A stretch of 64,000 nt of DNA from positions 15,190,001 to 15,254,000 of the forward strand of contig CM119381.1 of assembly GCA_051294905.1 (NCBI GenBank), written 5' to 3'. The notes below the pieces were generated by a model, which saw only the letters and a program-made list of their open reading frames with translations, was not told the origin of the DNA and ran no database searches. This document shows positions 60,287 through 64,000 of this stretch, one piece after another; positions within the stretch are counted from its first letter, which is position 1; each line of letters starts with the position of its first letter. The translations under genes were made by a program, and so were the position numbers. Origin of the DNA: Botryllus schlosseri. Taxonomy: Eukaryota.

Positions 60287-61039
60287 GGCGAGGCTCTATT
60301 GAGCTAAAGGTTACAATTTTGCTTCGTTGTATTTCATTCTGTGATTTACGTCACGATATATGCATGACGTCACACCTTATTTGAAGTGGTTTGCCGCCGC
60401 GTCAATTTTCCTTCCGGTATCCACATCGCACAACTGGACATCCGGACGTCACTTAACCCGAATAGAAAGTCACACAATACTTGCCCTTATATATGGTAGC
60501 GTAGAAACGGACGTATGTGGTACCCTTGGCTATGAGATAACCTTGATTTGCACCATCAAATATACGTGACAAACTTTCTGTCTTCAAAATCACAGGTCGC
60601 AAAAGGAAGAGAAACGTGATTTGGATACGGATTCTACAGCTTAAATCCGAAAGCCGCGAGGTGGCATTCACCAAAGCGTACCAAGGTAGTTATACGACTT
60701 ATAACGAGTCTAGATTCAAGCACTGATTTTGTCGCTAATTGGCAGAAATATTATGCGCTGTCCGTGTGATACGTTGGTAATGTTACTGTACAGTACAGTA
60801 TCATGAAATTTGATCTCGTACTGACTCTACAGACGGTCAGTAATTAAGTACTGCAACTTCTTCGGAGTACTCCGTACCCAAGTAGGTTTTAACTAGGTAG
60901 GCTTTAAATAGGCATAACCTAACTGTACAAAGTACAGCTTAAGCAAGCGATTATGTTTTAGGCTACTCCACTTCTACTTTTTACGTTTTCAATTTGGTAA
61001 AGTAGAAAGTAGTTTTGAGATAAGCCTGTATCTCTTTTA

Positions 61040-61602
61040 CAGGGTTGTAACCAAGTCTCAAGGCTCCGAGTCACAAGTCAATCTCACTTTTATAGTTTTG
61101 ACTCGAGTCAAGTCGAGTCATTTTCAATTCACCACTGAGTCAAGTCCAAGTCAGTGAGTAGAGGGAGAGCCCGAGTCATTGTGTTATGATTATGACTCGA
61201 GTCCAATTCCAAGTCATTGTGTTCACTGTTCAGTTTTGAATTCAATCCGGTTCAACCCACTTTTTTCAACTCTGCTCGAGCTATATAGAATGGCTCGCAT
61301 TCATAATATAGTCATTTTCCTCAGTTTTATCAGTTTCTGGCCCTATTTCCAAGTATCAGGACTGATAGACGAAATACCGATAATGTGGTGACTTTACTAT
61401 ACTTAGAAGTTGCAACGAAATGTCTGTCTTGGCCGTCCTAGTCTCTAGTCATGTGACTTGGTTCGAGTCATGCACAATGACTCGAGCACAAGTCGAGTCA
61501 ATACAAAAATTGACTCAAGTCGAGTCATTTTACGCATTTGAAAAAATGACCCGAGTCAAGTCGAGTCTCCAAAAAATCGTGACTCGATTTATTACAACCC
61601 TG
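61040..61602. mobile_element. hAT-type MITE with GAGTCAAGTC repeats
   Basis: Perfect 11-bp TIR CAGGGTTGTAA / TTACAACCCTG. Flanks CTCTTTTA / CTCAGTTA match 6/8. Many GACTCGAGTC/GAGTCAAGTC units. Confidence 0.85.
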
Positions 61603-62552
61603 CTCAGTTATGACTGAAATTGTCATAACAGCCGAGCCAAATAGGCCGAATACCCCCGTATTCAAGATACTTTCGAAACCTAATAATACTAACATTAATT
61701 ATTATCTTACGTTAGTCGCAGAGATACATATGTCCATTTTGAACGTAACCATAATCACACGGGATTACCTGCTATATGTTTACAACCCTCGACCCGATTT
61801 ACTTCCTGGAACTACTTACTTTTACGTGAGTATGTTTCAGGCCTGTCGTTCACTCCTTCCAGTTGCAGTAGTCGGTACATATCTCAGAGTTCGCTACTTC
61901 TACATGTAATTGAGTAGAACTTTATGGCATCACTTTGACCACCTCTGACGGAATCTGGATCTACATTTGTACTTTTCGACCGGAGGATACTCGCGTTTCC
62001 GAGTTTCAGGTTCCACCTTGCCAGACCCCCATCACTCGCATTTGTATTGACTATCAAGTTGATTTGCGTAGCTGTTGCTTTCGCGGCGACAATGAGCATG
62101 AGCAGTTTAGCGTCATCGCTTCTTTTTACTCCTCAAATACGTAGCTGACGCTGTACTTGCGTGCTATCGAAATGATTCAGAGCTACTGATTTTTTTGTTG
62201 TAACCGACATTCTTCATCCTCTGGCGCTGGCGGGGAAAAGACTGTGCTCCGTATCTGTTCCGTCGGTTTATTGCCTACATTTTCAAGCCTATTCCAAAGA
62301 CCCATTCCGATTGACAGTGACTTCGACATTAGAAATGTAATAACTGTAAGCGATACATCAATATTGTAGTAACAAATTAGCAAATGAATGTTTCACTTGA
62401 TATGAGCGTGAAGTGTCTGATATACTCTTATACACTTGGTGAATTCGGCACTCGGCACTTAATTGGTATGGATTAGGGTTTAGGTTAACGTTTGGATTAT
62501 GGGCTGCCATCAGGTGCCAAATTCAACATGGAGTGTCGAAGTCACTTGTAGT

Positions 62553-62787
62553 CAGAGGTGACCAAAGTACTCATCGTTGGTAGTTGGTACTCAAGTGGAG
62601 TAGAAGCAACTTCGTAAATTCTACTCAAATACATATAGAAGTAGCGACTCCCAAGTAAGTATAAAATCAAGTTTAGGCATAGTTTTCCATTGAAAATTTC
62701 TGAAAACTGTTATTAAGTAGAATTAGAAATGGTCTAAAATCATAACCACTTGACTTAGTAGAAGTACGACGTTACTGATCACCTCTG
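62553..62787. mobile_element. CAGAGGTG-family MITE
   Basis: Left CAGAGGTGACCAAAGTA and right GTTACTGATCACCTCTG. The flanks are only weakly similar. Confidence 0.7.
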
Positions 62788-63309
62788 CTGGTAACCCCCA
62801 AACCCTTGTCCATGGCTAGACCCCTTCCCCTATCTTGCCCTCGCATACGTAAAGCTATTCCAATCCCCGCTAACTAATCGATAGTTTTCTGCAGTATTGC
62901 TGCGGTGATTAACCGGCAGATTACATGGAAATAGATGTAAGGCGCAATCAGGCGATAGCTCATGCGTAAATCCATTTGGTACCGCGACGCCGCTTGCATC
63001 CAATTACGGTAACCGTGACAGAGCCCGCAATCGCAAGTCTATTCGATACCTATTCCCTGGCCGCGCGGTGCCTCTTATTTGTGACATCGCGTAATTAATC
63101 TTGCGATTGGATTTCTGTATTCAATTGACTTACGGGAGTCCCACGTCGCCACGCGACAAATTGATATCCCCACTGAGACCCGTTCTAGCGGTGTCTTGTA
63201 CTGCCGGATTAAGTCGAAGACAATTGGCAGACTGCGACTCTTTATTAATGTCACTCTGGATAATTGTAACAGTGTTTTCGGGGGGCCGATTGGGGATAGT
63301 CACGCTCTT

Positions 63310-63490
63310 TTTTGACTTTCCTATTTCATCTTCTATTCCTTCACTTTCAATGTGCATGCCTCGTATTTACATGCTCCCGACCAAGGTGGGTGTCTGATTG
63401 AAAGACTATACTCCAAGTTGATTCGAAACATTCCTATCTTTTCATTGTATCGCAATTTTGTGTTGCTTTTAAATGACATAAATAGTAAAT
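63310..63490 (+). mobile_element. Fragment of the same LINE 3' UTR
   Basis: Shares TGTGCATGCCTC, CCAAGGTGGGTGTC and TTCCTATCTTTTCATTGTATCGCA with the 32.4 kb and 42.4 kb copies. Confidence 0.7.
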
Positions 63491-64000
63491 GAACGAACCG
63501 AAACCAGAACCACAACTTAGCTGATCGTGTTGAACTATAATTTTGATATTGAACACCTAGATCCGTCCAGGTAAAGATCTTTAAATAACCCATATGGCGT
63601 ATATGCCTGTAGCAAGCGTCTGGCGCGACGTATACACAATATACACCTGCGCATTCGATAGGGCAGCGGCATTCGGCGGTTACTTCACAGAAATATAATG
63701 CTATGGTGCTTTGTCGAAGAGTGAATGATCGAGTCGAGTTTAGTACGTACTTTCCAATTACGGTGTCGACTAATCCATGAAATCCGTGGAGATTTTTCTC
63801 ATTCCATCATGATGTCACCTGTTGTATGAGATTATTGTCCGCTATCAAGTCAGACTGGCTTGTATCAGAACCTTCTACACTGAGTGCTCTACACCTTCGT
63901 CAAAATGGGATACCATTAAAGTATTTTTATAATTTATTTCTATTCAACTTTTTTATTAATTTACAGATCTACAACTTTCTAACGGGATCGGACTCGAGAA

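Overview
This is eukaryotic genomic DNA from an intron-rich animal. The many 55-70 nt GT-AG introns and dense MITEs resemble an ascidian or similar invertebrate, which is inference only. Positions 1 to ~52,270 (+ strand) hold the 3' part of one very large dynein heavy chain-family gene whose 5' end lies outside the window. I spliced 80 exons by hand with consistent intron phases, giving 13,440 nt or ~4,480 codons: linker, AAA1-AAA4, stalk/MTBD, AAA5, AAA6, C-terminal domain and an extra low-complexity tail. The frame is intact, yet every catalytic element of the AAA1 motor site is replaced, as is the AAA4 P-loop. The AAA2 and AAA3 P-loops and the microtubule-binding domain are kept, so this looks like a selected 'pseudo-motor' dynein with several large acidic or Ser-rich insertions. 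Introns carry many non-autonomous hAT-type elements (several with perfect 8-bp TSDs), a nested transposon stack in the ~6-kb MTBD intron, and CR1/L2-type LINE 3' ends. The last ~11 kb has no gene I can support, only a possible minus-strand exon, a locally duplicated motif and more MITEs. I found no rRNA, tRNA or CRISPR array.
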